DNA of 57,121 nt. Origin: a bacterium. Its GTDB lineage: Bacteria; J088; JAWLBW01. Below the pieces are notes generated by a model that worked only from the letters and a program-made list of their open reading frames with translations, did no database searches and had not been told where the DNA came from. Of this stretch, positions 19,478 to 30,344 are shown in pieces. Each line of letters opens with the position of its first letter. Positions within the stretch are counted from its first letter, which is position 1. Both the position numbers and the translations under genes were made by a program. The stretch is from contig JAWLHK010000007.1 in NCBI GenBank assembly GCA_041690355.1, positions 62,001 through 119,121 of the forward strand, in the 5' to 3' direction.

Positions 19478-19491
19478 GGGGCGCTGGTACA

Positions 19492-19522
19492 GGCCCCCTG
19501 TCGTCCCCCGAAGGGGGGACCC
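19492..19522 (+). repeat. Intergenic repeat family 2, short copy (CCCCCTGTCGTCCCCCG..GGGGGACCC)
   Basis: Matches the 5' part of the 80-bp repeats at 44556 and 45424. Confidence 0.7.
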
Positions 19523-19572
19523 GAATATGCATCGGCTTACGCCCCGGACATCGATCGTGATATCGTATTACC

Positions 19573-19782
19573 ATGGCTTCAACGCGTGTATCCTCCAAAT
19601 TTCAGATCGTGATTCCGAAAGACATCCGTGACCAGACGATGGTCAGGCCCGGGCAGACCTTCCAGGTGATCGCCAAGGGAGACGTCATCACGCTCATTCC
19701 CGAGCGGCCGATCGAGGAGGCGCGGGGCATCGCGCGGGGCGCCGGGACCCGCGGATTCCGCGAGAAGAAGGACCGCTTTTGA
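19573..19782 (+). CDS. AbrB/MazE-family antitoxin (VapB-type)
   Basis: TRVSSKFQIVIPKDIR AbrB motif, 69 aa, overlaps PIN toxin start. Confidence 0.88.
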   Translation: MASTRVSSKFQIVIPKDIRDQTMVRPGQTFQVIAKGDVITLIPERPIEEARGIARGAGTRGFREKKDRF

Positions 19783-20159
19783 TCGTCCTCGATTCCTCGG
19801 GGTGGCTGGAGTATTTCGCCGACGGTCCGTTCGCCGCAACCGTCGCCGACCACCTGCGGAAGCCGGAGGAAGTCGTCACCTCGGTCATCGCCCTGTACGA
19901 AGTGTACAAATGGCTGAAGCGCGAGCACTCTGAGCCGGTGGCTCTGCACGCGGTGGCGGCCATGAAATCGACGCAGGTCGTGGAGCTTACGGATTCCTTG
20001 GCGCTCCTGGCCGGCGATCTGGCCCTCGAGTTCGGCCTCGCCATGGCCGATGCAATGATGCTCGCAACGGCGCGCCTGCACGGCGCGCGCCTGATCACCA
20101 CCGACTCGGATTTCACGGGAATCCCGGACGTCGACGTACTCTCCAAGAAAGGTGGCTGA
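19779..20159 (+). CDS. vapC: PIN-domain VapC toxin
   Basis: IVLDSSGWLEY, LYEV, MADAMMLATA, LITTDSDF PIN acidic residues. Confidence 0.9.
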   Translation: MIVLDSSGWLEYFADGPFAATVADHLRKPEEVVTSVIALYEVYKWLKREHSEPVALHAVAAMKSTQVVELTDSLALLAGDLALEFGLAMADAMMLATARLHGARLITTDSDFTGIPDVDVLSKKGG

Positions 20160-20267
20160 TCCGACGTCCGACGCATTGCCCCCCGTAGCGAAGCGGATGG
20201 GGGGCCGGCGTCCGAAGTCCGGTTTCTCTCGACTCCTGCCGCGCACCCGGTATAATAATTGGTTTCC

Positions 20268-20765
20268 ATGGGCACACCTCTAATCGGCATCATCATGGGC
20301 TCCAGGTCTGACTGGGAGACCATGCAGCACGCGGCCGACATGCTGACGAAGCTCGGCGTGCCGCACGAAGTGCGCGTCGTCTCGGCGCACCGCACCCCCG
20401 ACCTGCTCTTCGAGTACGCCTCGACGGCGGCCGAGCGGGGGGTCGAGGTGATCATCGCCGGGGCCGGCGGGGCCGCCCACCTGCCCGGCATGTGCGCCGC
20501 CAAGACCCACCTGCCCGTGCTCGGCGTGCCGGTGGAATCGAAGGTGCTGCGCGGGGTCGACTCGCTGCTCTCCATCGTACAGATGCCCGCCGGCATCCCC
20601 GTGGCCACGCTGGCCATCGGCAAGGCCGGCGCCACGAACGCCGCCCTGCTCGGCGCGAGCATCCTCAGCGCGAAGCATCCGCAGATCCGCGAGGCGCTCG
20701 TCGCCTTCCGCGCGAAGCAGACGCGCGACGTGCTCGACCATCCCGATCCGCGAGAGCCTGCGTGA
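20268..20765 (+). CDS. purE: N5-CAIR mutase
   Basis: [42 protein letters not shown] just upstream. Confidence 0.97.
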   Translation: MGTPLIGIIMGSRSDWETMQHAADMLTKLGVPHEVRVVSAHRTPDLLFEYASTAAERGVEVIIAGAGGAAHLPGMCAAKTHLPVLGVPVESKVLRGVDSLLSIVQMPAGIPVATLAIGKAGATNAALLGASILSAKHPQIREALVAFRAKQTRDVLDHPDPREPA

Positions 20766-21865
20766 TTGTCGGTGTTCTCGGCGGCGGTCAGCTCGGACGC
20801 ATGCTGGCCCTCGCCGGCTATCCCCTCGGCCTCAAGTTCCGCTTTCTCGACGCCGTGCGCGACGTGCCCGCCGCGCCGCTCGGCCGCCGCATCACCGCGC
20901 CGTTCGACGACAAGGACGCCCTGACCCGGTTCGCGCGCGGAACCGATGTCGTGACCTACGAATTCGAGAACGTCCCCGTCGATTCCGCCGCGTTTGCGGA
21001 ATCGTTCGCGCCCGTCTTTCCGCCGCCGAAGGCCCTCGCGACAGCCCAGGATCGCCTCTCGGAAAAAGAGCTGTTCACGCGGCTCGGCATCCCCGTCCCG
21101 GCGTACGCGCCCGTCTCTTCCCCCGAAGACCTGGCCGCCGCCGTGGAGCGCATCGGCCTCCCCGCCGTGCTCAAGACCCGCCGCTTCGGCTACGACGGCA
21201 AGGGACAGTGGGTCCTGCGCACGCCGGAAGATGTCGAAGGCGCGCGCCTCGCGGCAGGCGGGGGCACGCCGCTCATCCTCGAACAGTTTCTCCCCTTCGA
21301 CCGCGAGCTCTCGATCATCGCCGTCCGCTCGCGTTCGGGGGAACTCGCCTTTTATCCGCTGGTTGAAAATCATCACCGCGAGGGGATCCTGCGCCTGAGC
21401 CTCGCCCCCGCGCCGCACCTGTCGGCCGCCGTCACGGCCGAAGCAGAATCCCACGCGCGCCGGCTGCTCGAGGCGCTCGATTACGTCGGCGTGCTCACGA
21501 TCGAATTCTTCGAGTACCAGGGCAGGCTGTACGCGAACGAGATGGCGCCGCGCGTACACAATTCCGGGCACTGGACGATCGAGGGGGCCGAGACGAGCCA
21601 GTTCGAGAACCACCTGCGCGCCATCCTCGATCTCCCCCTTGGCGGCACGGCGGTCCTCGGCGCGGCGGCCATGGTGAACCTGATTGGCGCCCTCCCCGAT
21701 CTCGGGCCCTGCTACGCCGGCCGCGACGTCCACGTCCACCTCTACGACAAGAAGCCGCGCAAGGGACGCAAGCTCGGGCACCTCACCGTGCGCGCCGCGA
21801 ACCCCGCCGAACTGGCCGAACGCCTGGCCCCCGTGCGTGCCCTCGTCGAGGCCGCGGGGGGATGA
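20762..21865 (+). CDS. purK: N5-CAIR synthetase
   Basis: [44 protein letters not shown]. Confidence 0.97.
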   Translation: MIVGVLGGGQLGRMLALAGYPLGLKFRFLDAVRDVPAAPLGRRITAPFDDKDALTRFARGTDVVTYEFENVPVDSAAFAESFAPVFPPPKALATAQDRLSEKELFTRLGIPVPAYAPVSSPEDLAAAVERIGLPAVLKTRRFGYDGKGQWVLRTPEDVEGARLAAGGGTPLILEQFLPFDRELSIIAVRSRSGELAFYPLVENHHREGILRLSLAPAPHLSAAVTAEAESHARRLLEALDYVGVLTIEFFEYQGRLYANEMAPRVHNSGHWTIEGAETSQFENHLRAILDLPLGGTAVLGAAAMVNLIGALPDLGPCYAGRDVHVHLYDKKPRKGRKLGHLTVRAANPAELAERLAPVRALVEAAGG

Positions 21866-22815
21866 GCTTCCGGCCCCATCCGCTGCTCCCCACCGGCGAC
21901 CTGCAGACGCTCGCCACCCGCTTCTTCAGCCCGGTTCCGCCCGCGAGCGAACGCCTCGTCTTCGCCGTGGGGGCCGGCGATGCCGTCGTCGGCATGCTCT
22001 CGCTTCCCCCCGCATTCCGCGCCGGCGATCCGGTCGTCGTCCTCGTGCACGGCATGACGGGGTCGAGCCAGTCGGCCTACGTGGTCCGCATGGCGCACCA
22101 GGTGATGGCGAGCGGCGCGGCCGCCCTGCGCCTCAATCTGCGCAATGCCGGCGAGGGGGCGGGCCTGAGCCGCCTGCCGTACCATTCCGGCCGCTCCGAC
22201 GACCTGCGGAAGGTCCTCCAGTCGCTTGCCGCGCGCTTCCCGGGCAGTCCGCTGGCCGTCATCGGCTATTCCCTCGGGGGGAACATTACGCTCAAGCTCG
22301 CCGCCGAGCACACCGACGCGCCGGTCGAAGGTCTGCGGGCGGTGGCGAGCGTCGCGGCCCCCATCGATCTGGCCCTCTGCTCGCGCGCGCTCGAGCAGTG
22401 GCGCAACCGGATCTACCAGTTCTACTTCGTGCGCGGTCTCATGGCCGAAGCCCACGGCCTCGCGCGCGCCCTGGGGGAGCCGCCCGTCCCCTTCCCCCGC
22501 GAGATGACGGTGTGGAAGTTCGACGATCACTTCACGGCGCCGCGCAGCGGCTTCACCGATGCGGCCGCCTACTACGCGGCCTCCTCGAGCGGACCCCGGC
22601 TGCGCGCGGTCACGCTGCCGACGCTGCTCGTGACGGCGCAGGACGATCCGTTCGTTCCCTTCGCCGCCTACCGTGATGCGCAGCTTTCCCCCTCCATTAC
22701 GCCGCGCTATGCCCGCTCCGGCGGCCACTGCGGATTCATCGCCGCCGACTCCACGCGCCGCTTCTGGGCCGAGGCGGAGTGCGTGGCGTTCGTGATGGGG
22801 AACACGCGGGAGTGA
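21862..22815 (+). CDS. YheT-like alpha/beta hydrolase
   Basis: VHGMTGSS, YHSGRSDD, GYSLGGN nucleophile elbow, AQDDPF, GGHCGF. Confidence 0.88.
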   Translation: MSFRPHPLLPTGDLQTLATRFFSPVPPASERLVFAVGAGDAVVGMLSLPPAFRAGDPVVVLVHGMTGSSQSAYVVRMAHQVMASGAAALRLNLRNAGEGAGLSRLPYHSGRSDDLRKVLQSLAARFPGSPLAVIGYSLGGNITLKLAAEHTDAPVEGLRAVASVAAPIDLALCSRALEQWRNRIYQFYFVRGLMAEAHGLARALGEPPVPFPREMTVWKFDDHFTAPRSGFTDAAAYYAASSSGPRLRAVTLPTLLVTAQDDPFVPFAAYRDAQLSPSITPRYARSGGHCGFIAADSTRRFWAEAECVAFVMGNTRE

Positions 22816-22990
22816 CGGGTCACATCAAGAACGAATGCGTCCCCGAAGTTCTTGAGTTCTTGGCGCCTACTGCCTGACGCTGCTCCGGCCACCGGGAACG
22901 CACACGATTCCGGCACTTTCTGCGGCAGGAATCGCCAATTTTGTCATCCGCGCCACCATCCAGACCACCCTTGCCCCCGGTGAACGTCCT

Positions 22991-23006
22991 TGGCACGCCG
23001 CTTGCT
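22991..23006 (+). promoter_or_regulatory. Sigma-54 promoter of the nasA-Moco operon
   Basis: TGGCAC-GCCGC-TTGCT, canonical -24/-12 spacing. Confidence 0.85.
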
Positions 23007-23074
23007 CTCTGCAGCAGTGAAGGTGGGATGCCGCCGACGGCCCCGTCGTTGACGATTCATTTACTCTGAGGTCG

Positions 23075-23131
23075 ATGAAGACAAAGGCGTCTTCGTTCCG
23101 CAGCACGCGGGGTGAGGCCGTCTTTTTTTTT
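23075..23131 (+). promoter_or_regulatory. ANTAR-binding hairpin overlapping an intrinsic terminator (NasT antitermination leader)
   Basis: GAAGAC-AAAGGC-GTCTTC hexaloop hairpin. Its 3' arm begins a GC stem closed by a T9 run at 23123-23131. Confidence 0.8.
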
Positions 23132-23146
23132 GCGAACGGAATTCGA

Positions 23147-25822
23147 ATGGTGCGCACGATATGTCCATACTGTGCGGTCGGATGCGGGGTCAGGGTGCGG
23201 GTCGCCGGGGGCCGGATCATCGGCGTCGAAGGTGACCCCGATTCGCCCGTCAATCGCGGCATGCTCTGCACCAAGGGCAAGACGCTCCATCGCACAGTGC
23301 GCCACGCCGAGCGGGCCACCGTGCCCCTGCTGCGCGAACGCCGCGGTGCGCCCCTGGAGGCCGCTTCCTGGGACACGGCGCTGAACCGGGCGGCGTCGCG
23401 TTTCGCCGAAGTCATCGGCCGGCATGGACCCGGGGCCGTCGCCTTCTACGTCTCGGGCCAGCTGCTGACCGAGGAATATGCGGTCTTCAACAAGCTGATG
23501 AAGGGCTTCATCGGGTCGAACAACATCGATTCGAACAGCCGCCTCTGCATGTCTTCGGCGGTCGCGGGCTACAAGCGTGCCTTCGGCGCCGATGGTCCGC
23601 CGGCATGCTACGCAGATATCGAAGAAGCCGACACTCTCTTTCTCTTCGGGGCGAATCCCGCCTTTACGCATCCGATCCTCTTCCGCAGGATGGAGCAGGC
23701 CCGCGAGGCGAAGCCCGCGCAGAAGCTGGTCGTGGTGGATCCCCGCCGCACCGACAGCTGCTCTCTCGCCGACCTGCACCTGGCCCTGCGTCCCGGCACC
23801 GATGTCGCGCTGCTTCTGTCCATGCTTCACGTCCTGCGCTGGGAGGGGCTGCTCGACCAGACCTTCATTGCCAACCATACCGTGGGCTTTGAGGCCGCCG
23901 TCGAAGCTTCGGCCGCGTGGACGCCCCGGCGCGCGGCGCGGCTGTGCGATGTCGATCCCGGAGACATCTTCCGCGCGGCGCTCTGGTTCGGCGCCGGACG
24001 CGCGCTGTCGATGTGGACGATGGGGTTCAACCAGGCAACCACCGGGGTCGATCGGAACAACGCCCTCATCAACCTGCACCTGGCCACCGGGCAGGTCGGC
24101 AAACCGGGCTGCGGCCCTTTCTCGCTGACTGGGCAGCCGAACGCCATGGGCGGCCGCGAAACGGGCGGGCTTGCCAACCTCCTTCCCGGGCACCGCGACC
24201 TCGCCGTTTCCTCCGATCGGAATGCGGTGTCGAACGTCTGGAGCTCGGGTCCCCTGGCGGCCGAAGCGGGGCGCAGCGCCGTCGAGCTGTTCCGCGCCCT
24301 GGAGTCCGGTGAGGTGAAGGCCGTCTGGATCGCCGCCACGAACCCGGTGGTCTCGCTCCCCGACACCGCCCAGGCGCGCCGGGCGCTGGAGCGGGCGGAG
24401 TTCGTCGCGGTCTCTGACATCTACGTGCCCACCGAAACGACCGCCTTTGCCGACGTCGTGTTTCCTGCTGCCGGCTGGGGAGAAAAAGAGGGCACGATGA
24501 CCAATGCCGAGCGCCGCGTGCAACGCGTTCGCCGCATCGTCGATCCGCCAGGAGAGGCGCGCCCCGACTGGGAGATCGTGTCGGACTTCGCCCGGCGTCT
24601 CGGACGCGCTTTGGGCGCCGACTGGGATGCGGCGTTCGGTTACGCCGACACGGCCGCGGTCTACGACGAACATCGCCGCCTGCTTTCGGGCCGCGACTGC
24701 GACATCGACGGCCTCGACTGGACCCGCGTCGACCGTGAGGGACTGCAGTGGCCGGTCTGCGATACCACGGGCGGAACCGAGCGGCTCTATGCGGATGCGC
24801 GTTTCCCCACCGGCGACGGCCGGGCGCGGTTTGTCGCCGTCGCGTGGAAGCCCCCGGCGCGCGAAACGGATGCCCGCTACCCGCTCGTTCTCACCACCGG
24901 CCGATATCGGGACCAGTGGCACACGCGGACGAAGACCGGCCGGGTCGGGGAACTCAATCGCCAGACGCCGGCGGCCCGGCTCGAGATGCACCCGGGGGAC
25001 GCGGCGATCCGCGGCTTGTCGGAGGGAGACCTGGTGGCGGCGGCCTCGGCGCTCGGCCGCGCGGTATTTCCGCTTGCCCTCACGGCCGACATCCGGCGCG
25101 GCGTGGTCTTTCTCCCCATGCACTGGGGCGATCTGACGACGCAGGCCGGCCAGGCGAACGACCTGATCTTTCCGGACACCGACCCGATTTCGGGGCAACC
25201 TGCCTACAAGCATGTGCCCGTCGACGTGCAACCGGCGCGCCTGCCGACACGCGGGTTCGTTCTCCTGCGCGGCGACCATGTTCCGGCCTGCCGCCCCATC
25301 GTCGGCGAGTATGCCTATGGAACGGTGACGACCGTCGGGCGGCCCCCGGTGACCCGGTTGGAAGTGGCCGGGCCCGATGCCGTCCTCCCCTCCGACGCCG
25401 ATTTTCTCGATGCCCGCGTCACGCCGCTCCTGAAGCGTTGCGACACGCTGGTCTATGCCGACGGCCGCAGCGGAGCTTACAAGCGTCTTTGGGTCGACGG
25501 CGAGCGGGTGCTCGCCCTGCGCTGGCTCGGGACGGGTCCGGGTGACGTGGAGCCGCTGCAGCAGGCGCTTCTCGACGACCGCCCGCTGCCCGAATTCCGG
25601 GCGTGGATCGGGGGCGGCGGCGAGTCGGTATCCCTTGCCGATCGAGGGCCCCTGGTCTGCACCTGCCTTTCCGTGCGTGAGGGCACGATCCGCGACGCCA
25701 TCGCCGCGGGCGCCGGAAACGTTCCCGCCATTCAGGAAGCCTGCGCGGCAGGCACCAGCTGCGGATCCTGCATTCCGCAGCTCAAGCGCCTGCTCGAACA
25801 GGCAGCACGAGGCGTCGCATGA
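23147..25822 (+). CDS. nasA: Assimilatory nitrate reductase catalytic subunit (Mo-bisPGD) with C-terminal BFD-like domain
   Basis: TICPYCAVGCG...LCTKG 4Fe-4S motif, SRLCMSSA, TGQPNAMGGRE, LTTGRYRDQWHT, C-terminal CTC...CGSC. Confidence 0.93.
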   Translation: MVRTICPYCAVGCGVRVRVAGGRIIGVEGDPDSPVNRGMLCTKGKTLHRTVRHAERATVPLLRERRGAPLEAASWDTALNRAASRFAEVIGRHGPGAVAFYVSGQLLTEEYAVFNKLMKGFIGSNNIDSNSRLCMSSAVAGYKRAFGADGPPACYADIEEADTLFLFGANPAFTHPILFRRMEQAREAKPAQKLVVVDPRRTDSCSLADLHLALRPGTDVALLLSMLHVLRWEGLLDQTFIANHTVGFEAAVEASAAWTPRRAARLCDVDPGDIFRAALWFGAGRALSMWTMGFNQATTGVDRNNALINLHLATGQVGKPGCGPFSLTGQPNAMGGRETGGLANLLPGHRDLAVSSDRNAVSNVWSSGPLAAEAGRSAVELFRALESGEVKAVWIAATNPVVSLPDTAQARRALERAEFVAVSDIYVPTETTAFADVVFPAAGWGEKEGTMTNAERRVQRVRRIVDPPGEARPDWEIVSDFARRLGRALGADWDAAFGYADTAAVYDEHRRLLSGRDCDIDGLDWTRVDREGLQWPVCDTTGGTERLYADARFPTGDGRARFVAVAWKPPARETDARYPLVLTTGRYRDQWHTRTKTGRVGELNRQTPAARLEMHPGDAAIRGLSEGDLVAAASALGRAVFPLALTADIRRGVVFLPMHWGDLTTQAGQANDLIFPDTDPISGQPAYKHVPVDVQPARLPTRGFVLLRGDHVPACRPIVGEYAYGTVTTVGRPPVTRLEVAGPDAVLPSDADFLDARVTPLLKRCDTLVYADGRSGAYKRLWVDGERVLALRWLGTGPGDVEPLQQALLDDRPLPEFRAWIGGGGESVSLADRGPLVCTCLSVREGTIRDAIAAGAGNVPAIQEACAAGTSCGSCIPQLKRLLEQAARGVA

Positions 25823-27087
25823 CCACCTTGCCTGCCATGACGTCTTCCCGGCGCAGGTTTCCGGATGGCGGGCGTACGGCCGGGCTGATGCAGGTCGAGG
25901 AGGCGGAACAGACTATCCGTGCGCACGTTTCCCCATTCGGTGAGGAAACCTGCGCCCTGGAAGAGGCCGTGGGGCGGACGCTCCGGGCGGATGTGCGGGC
26001 CGAGCGGGCGGGCCCGCCGTTCGACCGGGTAGCGATGGACGGTATCGCGTTCCGCTATGAGGAATGGGAGGCCGGCCGTCGCGTCTACCGGGTCCTCGGG
26101 ACGCAGGCGGCCGGCGCGGTCCCGCATCCGGTTCCCCAAGCGGATGCCTGCCTCGAAATCATGACCGGAGCCGCCCTGCCGCAGGGACTCGACACGGTGG
26201 TGCCCGTCGAGCAGATCCGTCTGGAAGACGGGATGGCCATGGTGCAGCCGGGCGTGACGGTCCTTCGCGGGCAGCACGTGCACCAGGCCGGCGCCGACTA
26301 TGGGGAAGGGGAGGTCCTTCTCCCGGCTGGCCGTCGTCTTGCACCCGCCGATATCGCCGTTGCCGCTTCGGCGGGCCGCGCGACGCTCTGCGTAAGCGTC
26401 CGTCCCCGGATCGCCGTGGTGTCGACCGGCGACGAACTGGTGGACCCCGGCCTGCCCATCCTTGGGCACCAGATTCGCCGGTCGAACCCCTACGGTATCG
26501 TCGCGGCGTTGCATGCCCGGGGCTTCTCTCACGCCCGGATCGTCCGGGTGCGCGATGCGGCCGCCGACCTGACCGACGCGCTTACCGATCTGCTGCAGCA
26601 GGTCGATGTGCTGATTCTCACGGGCGGCGTCTCGGCCGGCCGTTTCGACCATGTGCCCGATGTCCTGACGTCGCTGGGCGTGCATCCGCATGTGCAGGGG
26701 ATTTACCAGAAGCCGGGAAAGCCGCTCTGGTTCGGAACGGCGGCGACCGGCGTTCCGGTGTTCGGCCTGCCCGGCAATCCGGTCTCGACGCTGGTCTGTC
26801 TTTACCGCTATGTTCTTCCGGCGCTGCGGTTCGCGAGCGGAGAAGCGCCCACGGCGCCGCGGGTCCGGGTCGCCGATCCGCTCCCGGCCTTCCGCCGGGA
26901 ATTCACCGGATTTCAGGCGGTCAACCTCGTGCCCGAAGCCCCGGGAACCGTGCGTCTCGCGCCCGGCAACGGCTCCGGCGACGATGCGTCTCTCGCCGGT
27001 ACGGATGGCTTTGTGGAAATTCGCCCGGAAGACGCCGGCGCGCCGGCCGGCGCCCTGGTCCCCTTCTATCCGTGGAGGATGCCGTGA
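25819..27087 (+). CDS. moeA: Molybdopterin molybdenumtransferase
   Basis: AMDGIA, IMTGA, STGDEL, TGGVSAG, KPGKP, GLPGNPVS. Alternative start at 25888. Confidence 0.92.
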   Translation: MTTLPAMTSSRRRFPDGGRTAGLMQVEEAEQTIRAHVSPFGEETCALEEAVGRTLRADVRAERAGPPFDRVAMDGIAFRYEEWEAGRRVYRVLGTQAAGAVPHPVPQADACLEIMTGAALPQGLDTVVPVEQIRLEDGMAMVQPGVTVLRGQHVHQAGADYGEGEVLLPAGRRLAPADIAVAASAGRATLCVSVRPRIAVVSTGDELVDPGLPILGHQIRRSNPYGIVAALHARGFSHARIVRVRDAAADLTDALTDLLQQVDVLILTGGVSAGRFDHVPDVLTSLGVHPHVQGIYQKPGKPLWFGTAATGVPVFGLPGNPVSTLVCLYRYVLPALRFASGEAPTAPRVRVADPLPAFRREFTGFQAVNLVPEAPGTVRLAPGNGSGDDASLAGTDGFVEIRPEDAGAPAGALVPFYPWRMP

Positions 27088-28025
27088 CGCGACTCAGCGA
27101 TCCGGTTGGCCGCACGATCCGGAAACTCCGGCTTCAACTCCTCGACGCCTGCAACCAGCGTTGTTTCTACTGCATGCCCGACAAGGTAAGCTTCTTGCCG
27201 CGGCAGGCCCTGCTCGACGCCGCCGAAATCGCACGCATCGCGGCGGTCCTGCACGAGCAGGGCGTGACCCGGCTCCGGCTGACCGGCGGCGAACCGACGC
27301 TGCGGATCGACTTCGATGACGTGGTGACGCGGCTGGCCGCAATTCCGTTCGAACGCAAGGGGATGACGACCAATGCCCTGCGCCTTTCAGCAAAGCTGCC
27401 GCTTCTGCGGCGACTCGACTACCGGTTTCTGAACATCAGCGTCGACTCGCTGCGCGCCGACCGCTACGCGAGAATTACCCGGGTTGACGCACTTCCGGTC
27501 GTCCTTCGTGCCCTCCGGGAGGCGCGAGACGCGGGTTTCGTCGTCAAGGTCAACACCGTCGTCTGCCGCGGCGTGAACGACGACGAGCTTGCCGATTTTG
27601 CCGCCTTCGCGGCGGCCGAAGCCATTCCCGTTCGTTTTCTCGAATTGCTGAAGATCGGCCCCGGCGCCCATCTTCACCCCACCCACTTCATGCCGGCCAG
27701 CGAGATGCGGACCCGTCTCGCCTCGGTCGTATCGCTCGAGCGTGAACTGGGGGCTTTCGACGAAACGTCGCAAAACTACCGGACCGGGGCCGGCGGGCGG
27801 GTCGGCTTCATCGCTTCGGAGTCAGAACCGTTCTGCGGCAATTGTTCGCGCCTGCGTCTGACGGCCACGGGCACGCTGCGCGCGTGCCTCATGTCCGAAG
27901 CGGGAACCAATCTGCGGGGCCTGAGCGCCGATGATATCCGCGCGGCGCTTCCCGGCGTGCTCGCCAGAAAGCCGACCGGCCGCATCGAGCGTATCGAACA
28001 ACCCATGCACCAGATCGGCGGCTGA
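27084..28025 (+). CDS. moaA: GTP 3',8-cyclase
   Basis: CNQRCFYC radical SAM motif, [17 protein letters not shown]...CL, C-terminal IGG. Confidence 0.93.
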   Translation: MTRLSDPVGRTIRKLRLQLLDACNQRCFYCMPDKVSFLPRQALLDAAEIARIAAVLHEQGVTRLRLTGGEPTLRIDFDDVVTRLAAIPFERKGMTTNALRLSAKLPLLRRLDYRFLNISVDSLRADRYARITRVDALPVVLRALREARDAGFVVKVNTVVCRGVNDDELADFAAFAAAEAIPVRFLELLKIGPGAHLHPTHFMPASEMRTRLASVVSLERELGAFDETSQNYRTGAGGRVGFIASESEPFCGNCSRLRLTATGTLRACLMSEAGTNLRGLSADDIRAALPGVLARKPTGRIERIEQPMHQIGG

Positions 28026-28048
28026 GCGGCGCCGGAAGGAGACTCATC

Positions 28049-28507
28049 GTGCTCACCCACTTGACACCCGAAGGACAGCCGCGCATGGTCGACGTCGGCG
28101 AGAAGCCCGCGACCTGGCGCGTCGCCGTAGCCGAGGCGACGGTCCGCCTGCCCGCGGAGGTTCGCGCTCTCTTTGCGGGAAGCGAACTGCACCTGGCCAA
28201 GGGGCCCGTGCTGCAGACCGCCGTCCTGGCGGGAACCATGGCGGTCAAGCAGACGCCGATGCTCATCCCCCTGTGCCACCCCATTCCCCTCGACCGGTGC
28301 CGGTTTGAAACGACGGTCACCGACGAAGGCGTGTGCATCCGCTGCGAGGTCGGCGCCCGCCACCGTACGGGGGTCGAGATGGAGGCGCTTACGGGGGCGA
28401 GCGTGGCGGCGCTGACGATCTACGACATGTGCAAGGCGGTCTCCCACGCGATGACCATCGAGGGGGTCCGGCTCGTGAGCAAACGAGGGGGGAAACGGGA
28501 TGTCTGA
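28049..28507 (+). CDS. moaC: Cyclic pyranopterin monophosphate synthase
   Basis: LTHL...[30 protein letters not shown]. Confidence 0.95.
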   Translation: MLTHLTPEGQPRMVDVGEKPATWRVAVAEATVRLPAEVRALFAGSELHLAKGPVLQTAVLAGTMAVKQTPMLIPLCHPIPLDRCRFETTVTDEGVCIRCEVGARHRTGVEMEALTGASVAALTIYDMCKAVSHAMTIEGVRLVSKRGGKRDV

Positions 28508-29621
28508 GCATACGCGTCCGGCTCCGCCGCTCTTTCACCCGTTCGAACTGGCCTTCTGCGGTCCCTCGGGCGCGGGCAAGACCACGCTGATCACGAAGCT
28601 GCTGAACCGTTTCGGGGAACACGACCGGGTCGGCTACGTCAAGCACGACGCGCATCGCTTCGCCATGGACGTGCCGGGCAAGGACACCTGCCGGGCGCGG
28701 GAAGCCGGGGCGGCCGTCATTCACATTGCCGATCCGCGCCATCATGCGGCGATTGCCGACGGCGCGGCCGGTCTTTCGTACCGGCGTTCGCTCTTCGAGG
28801 ACTGCGACTTCGTCCTCCTCGAAGGCTACAAGGCGCTCCCCATCCCCAAGATTTTCGTGTGCCATGCTGCCTCGACCGGTTTGCCGGAGGGGCCCGTCCT
28901 CGCCACGGTGGGGCCCGATGAGCGCGCCCCGTTCGACGCCGGCGGCCTGCCGCATTTTCAACGGGACGATGTGGAGGCGATTGCCCGCTTCGTGCAACGC
29001 GCGCTTCGGGAGCGTGCGCCGTCGCGCGTCTATGGCCTCGTGCTCGGCGGAGGCCGCAGCCGCCGCATGGGCCGGGATAAGATCGAGCTGGAGTACCACG
29101 GCCGCAGTCAGGCTGCCCACGTGGGCTCGTTGCTCGAGACGGTCTGCGAACGCGTCTTCGTCTCCCTGCGCGCCGACCAGATGCTTCCCGCCGGGATCGC
29201 ACCATCGGCCCGTCTGGATGATCGCTTCGTTGACATGGGGCCCCTGGGTGGAATTCTGACGGCCCTGTACCACGATCGGGAAGCGGCCTGGCTGGTGGCG
29301 GCCTGCGATCTGCCACTTCTCACCGGAGACCTGTTGCGCCACCTCGTCGCAGAACGGACTCCGACGCGCATGGCCACAGCGTTCCGCAGTCGCAGCGACG
29401 GGCGGGTCGAACCGCTCTGCGCGGTATACGAGCCCCGCAGCCGCTCCCGGCTGCTGGCGGGACTGGCCGACGGTCACCTCTGTCCCCGCCGGCTGCTCGA
29501 GACCGCTCCAATCCGCCTGCTCCACGCCCGGCATGACGACGGACTTCTGAACGTGAACGAACCGGCCGAGCGCCACGCCGTGCTGGCGCGTCTCGGTCAG
29601 GAGGAACCGGCATGGACCTGA
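28500..29621 (+). CDS. MobB-MobA fusion (molybdopterin guanine dinucleotide biosynthesis)
   Basis: N-terminal GPSGAGKTT / VKHDAH / LLEGYK (MobB), C-terminal [28 protein letters not shown] (MobA). Confidence 0.88.
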   Translation: MSEHTRPAPPLFHPFELAFCGPSGAGKTTLITKLLNRFGEHDRVGYVKHDAHRFAMDVPGKDTCRAREAGAAVIHIADPRHHAAIADGAAGLSYRRSLFEDCDFVLLEGYKALPIPKIFVCHAASTGLPEGPVLATVGPDERAPFDAGGLPHFQRDDVEAIARFVQRALRERAPSRVYGLVLGGGRSRRMGRDKIELEYHGRSQAAHVGSLLETVCERVFVSLRADQMLPAGIAPSARLDDRFVDMGPLGGILTALYHDREAAWLVAACDLPLLTGDLLRHLVAERTPTRMATAFRSRSDGRVEPLCAVYEPRSRSRLLAGLADGHLCPRRLLETAPIRLLHARHDDGLLNVNEPAERHAVLARLGQEEPAWT

Positions 29622-29902
29622 GTGCTGACAAGCAGACCGTCGACGGTGCAGACGGAGCCCTCATCGAGGTGTGCGTAGAGTACGTCGCGGTGCTGAAAGA
29701 GCAGCGAGGCGCCGACGAAGAAACCCTCTGCACCGCCGCAGCAACCCCCGCGGAACTCTATGCGGAATTGACTGCCCGCCATGGATTCACGCTCCGGCCC
29801 GAGCGCATGCGCGTCGCGGTCAACGCCTGCTTCGTTCCCTGGCACGTCAGTCTGCGCCCCAACGATCGGGTGGTCTTCGTTCCCCCTGTATCCGGAGGAT
29901 GA
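29612..29902 (+). CDS. moaD: Molybdopterin synthase sulfur carrier
   Basis: RVAVN...VVFVPPVSGG C-terminus. Confidence 0.9.
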   Translation: MDLSADKQTVDGADGALIEVCVEYVAVLKEQRGADEETLCTAAATPAELYAELTARHGFTLRPERMRVAVNACFVPWHVSLRPNDRVVFVPPVSGG

Positions 29903-29903
29903 G

Positions 29904-30344
29904 ATGTTCCGGTTTGAGATCTCCGATCGTCCCCTGGAGCCGGCGGCTCTCGAGGCCCGCCTGCACCGCCCCGACGTCGGCGGCATCGTGAGCTTCGTCG
30001 GACGCGTGCGCAATCACCATCAGGGCCGCGCCGTGCGGGAACTGACCTATGAGTGCCATCGTGTCCTGGCTCAGGTCGAGGCGCAGCGGATCCTGTTCGA
30101 TGCCGCGGGGCGCTTTCCGGTGCTCGCGGCGGGCTGCGTCCACCGCATTGGGACACTTCCAGTAGGCGAGGCCGCCATCTGGGTCGGCGCCGCCGCGGCG
30201 CACCGGGCCGAGGCGTTCCAGGCCTGTTCGTTTCTGATCGAGGAACTGAAGGCCTGGCTGCCGGTGTGGAAAAAAGAAACCTATGTCGACGGCACCAGTG
30301 CGTGGATCAACTGCGCCGCCTGCGCACCCGTGGGCACCGGATGA
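29904..30344 (+). CDS. moaE: Molybdopterin synthase catalytic subunit
   Basis: FVGRVRN, HRIG, AHRAEAF, PVWKKE. Confidence 0.93.
   Translation: MFRFEISDRPLEPAALEARLHRPDVGGIVSFVGRVRNHHQGRAVRELTYECHRVLAQVEAQRILFDAAGRFPVLAAGCVHRIGTLPVGEAAIWVGAAAAHRAEAFQACSFLIEELKAWLPVWKKETYVDGTSAWINCAACAPVGTG

Noticed and set aside
11503-25279. Long antisense ORFs (e.g. 11503-13206, 13807-15699, 19694-21781, 23057-25279)
   Set aside because: They shadow well-supported genes, carry no recognisable motifs, and are expected from stop-codon scarcity at high GC.
26064-28025. 653-aa ORF as an extended MoaA
   Set aside because: The N-terminal part overlaps moeA out of frame. MoaA starts at GTG 27084.
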